Shown here piece after piece: positions 60,125-64,000 of a stretch of 64,000 nucleotides of DNA. The DNA is from the human T2T-CHM13v2.0 reference genome, Homo sapiens. The position numbers were made by a program, and so were the translations under genes. Below the pieces are notes generated by a model, which was given only the letters and a program-made list of their open reading frames with translations, was not told the DNA's origin and searched no databases. The stretch lies in NCBI RefSeq assembly GCF_009914755.1, contig NC_060947.1. One strand, written 5' to 3'. Each line of letters opens with the position of its first letter. The first letter of the stretch is position 1.

Positions 60125-62198
60125 GCAATTCCCCACAGTGCAGCACAGCAGCTGGGACAGTTCGAGGTCAGACTGCTTCTTTAATCGGTACCCCAACCAA
60201 TTCCTCCTCACTGGATGGGGCCTCCCTGTGGGATTTTCGGCATCCCCAACCAAGGGTTTATGGACAGAACTCTGATCTCTCTGAGAGGAGCCCCTATGAG
60301 GAGGGGTGGCCATGGTATCATAAATAAACGATCTTAGTCATTTCTGCCTGCTGGTCCTGGAGAGTCAGGGCAGCCCGGATGAGGGGGATTCACCCCAGCA
60401 CACCACACCCACTCCACCAAGGGGCATCCAGACTGCTTATTTAAGCAGGTCCCTGATCCCGTTCCTCCTAACTGGGTGAGACATCCCAACAGGGGTCTCC
60501 AGACACCTTGTGGAGGAGCGTTCCAGCCAGCATCAGGTTGGTGTCCCTCTGGGACAGAGCTCCCAGAGAAGGGAACAGTTGCCATCTTTGCTGTTCTGCA
60601 GCCTCCACTGATGATACCTTCAGGTGTGGGAGGAACCCAGATGAATAGGGTCTGGAGTGGACCCCCAGCAAACCACAGCAGCCCTATGGAAGAGGGGCCT
60701 GAGTGCTAAAAGAAGAACAAACAAAGTAACAACAACATCATCAATGAAAAAGACCCAACAAAAACCCCATCCCAAGGTCAGCAGCCTCAAAGATCAAAGG
60801 TAGATAAACCCATAAAGATGAGAAAGAATCAATGCAAAAACACTAAAAACTCAAGAAGCCAGAGTGCCTCTTCTACTCCAAATTATCGCAACATGTCTCC
60901 AGCAAGGGCACAAAACTGGGCTGAGGCTGAGATGGATGAATTGACAGAAATAGGCTTCAGAAAATGGGTAATAACAAACTTCACTGAACTAAAAGAGTGC
61001 ACAATGTTCTAATGCATTGCAAAGAAGCTAAGAACCGTGATAAAACATTACAGGATTTGTTAACCAGAATAACCAGTTCAGAGAGGAATATAAATGACCT
61101 TATGGAGCTGAAAAATGCAACACGAGAACTTCACAATGCAAACACAAGTATCAATAGCCCAATACACTAAGCAGAAGAAAGGATATCAGAGCTTGAAGAC
61201 TGTCTTGCTGAAATAAGGCAGGCAGACAAGATTAGGGGAAAAGGAATGAAAATGAACAAACAAAATCTGAGAGAACTATGGGGTTACGTAAAAAGACTGA
61301 ACCTACGACTGATAGGGGTACCTGAAAGAAATGGGGAGAACAGAAGCAAGTTGGAAAACACATTTCAGGATATCATCCAGGAGAACTTCCCCAACCTAGC
61401 AAGACAGGCCAACATTCAAATTCAGGAAATCCAGAGAACTCCAGTAAGATACTCCATGGGAAGATCAACCCCAAGACACATAATTATCAAACTCTCCAAG
61501 GTAGAAATGAAGTAAAAAATATTAAGGGCAGCCAGAGAGAAAGGCCAGGTCACCTATAAAGGGAAGCCCATCAGAATTACAGCAGACATCTCAGTGGAAA
61601 CCCTACAATCCAGAAGAGATTTGGGGCCAATATTCAACATTCATAAAGAAAAAATATTCCAACCTAGAATTTTATTTCTGGCCAAACTAAGCTTCGTAAG
61701 TGAAGGAGAAATGAAATATTTTTCAGACAAGCAAATGCTGAGAGAATTTGTCACCACTAGGCCTGCCTTGCAAGAGCTGCTGAAGGAAGCACTGAATATG
61801 GAAAGTAAAAATGATTACCAGCCACTACAAAAACACACTAAAGTACACAGACCAGTGACACTATGAAGCAACCACATAAACAAGTCTGCAAAATAACCGG
61901 TTGGCATCATGATGACAGGATCAAATTCATACATAACAATATTAACCTTAAATGTAAATGAGCTAAATGCCCCAATTAAAAGACACAGAATGTCAAGCTG
62001 GATAAAGAGTAAAACTCTGTTGATGTGCTGTATGCAAAAGACCCATCTCACATGCAAAGACACACACAGACTCAAAATAAAGTGGTGGAAAATAATTTAC
62101 CAAGCAAATGGAAAATAGAAAAAGCAGGGGTTGCAATCAGAGTTTCTGACAAAATAGACTTTAAGACAACAAAGATTAAAAAAAAAAAAAAAAAAAAA

Positions 62199-62565
<367 letters not shown>

Positions 62566-62709
62566 CTATCCTAAATATATATGCACCCAATGCAGGAGCA
62601 CCCAGATTCATAAAACAAGTTCTTACAGACCTACAAAGAGACTTAGACTCCCACACAATAATAGTGGGAGAATTTAACACCCCACTGTCAATATTAGACA
62701 GATCACTGA

Positions 62710-63258
<549 letters not shown>

Positions 63259-64000
63259 GCTCAAAATGACACAGCTACATGAAAATTGAATAAACTGCTC
63301 TTGAATGACTTCTGGGTAAATAACAACATTAAGGCAGAAATCAATAAGTTCTTTGAAACTAATGAGAACAAAGAAATGACCTACCAGAATCTCTGGGACA
63401 CAGCTAAAGCAGTGTTAAGAGGGAAATTTGTAACACTAAATACCCACATCAAAAACCTAGAAACATCTCAAATCTACATCATAACATCACAATTAAAGGA
63501 ACTAGAGAACCAAGAGAAAAAAAAATTAAAAACCCAAAGCTATCAGAAGACAAGAAATAACCAAGCTCAGAGTGGAACTGAAGGAGATAGACACACAAAA
63601 ATTTCCTCCAAAAAAATCAATGAATCCAGAAGCTGGTTTTTGAAAAAATTAATGAAATAAATAGACCACTAGCTAGACTAATAAAGAGGAAAAAAGAGAA
63701 GACTCAAATAAGCAAAATAAAAAATGATAAAGGGGACATCACCACTGAACCCACAGAAATACAAACAACCATCAGAGAATACTATAAACACTTCTATGCA
63801 AATAAGCTAGAAAATCTACAAGAAAAGGATAAATTCCTGGACCTATACACCCTCTCAAGACTGAACCAGGAAAAAGTTGAATCTCTGAATAGACCAATAA
63901 CGAGTTCTGAAATTGAGGCAGCAATGAATAGCCTACCAGCCAAAAAAAAGTCCAGGATCAGATGGATTCACAGCTGAATTATACCAGTGGTAGAAAGATG

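Noticed and set aside
60001-60327. 108-aa ORF containing KRAB-B as a real ZNF gene exon
   Set aside because: It has a non-ATG start, no KRAB-A, no zinc fingers and no flanking introns, and it reads into L1 5'UTR. It is a retrocopied fragment.

Overview
Primate (human-like) genomic DNA, AT-rich and dominated by transposable elements. No intact host protein-coding gene, RNA gene or CRISPR array is recognisable. Bases 1-4757 are the 3' half of a defective HERV-E provirus (RNase H, integrase, env, 3' LTR). The rest is a layered collection of L1s, Alus, MaLR/ERV LTRs, a MER61 provirus remnant, MIR/L2 fragments and a MER2 DNA transposon. The L1s include an internally deleted old L1M, a near-full-length L1PA16-like copy, a twin-primed L1PA and nested L1M pieces. 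The most unusual object is at ~59.7-64 kb: a spliced ZNF91-subfamily KRAB-zinc-finger mRNA 5' end (exon 1 joined directly to the KRAB-B exon, skipping KRAB-A) fused to an L1 5'UTR-ORF1-ORF2. This is a host-repressor-mRNA/L1 chimeric retro-insertion. Subfamily names come from recalled consensus features, not from a database search, and boundaries of old elements are approximate.
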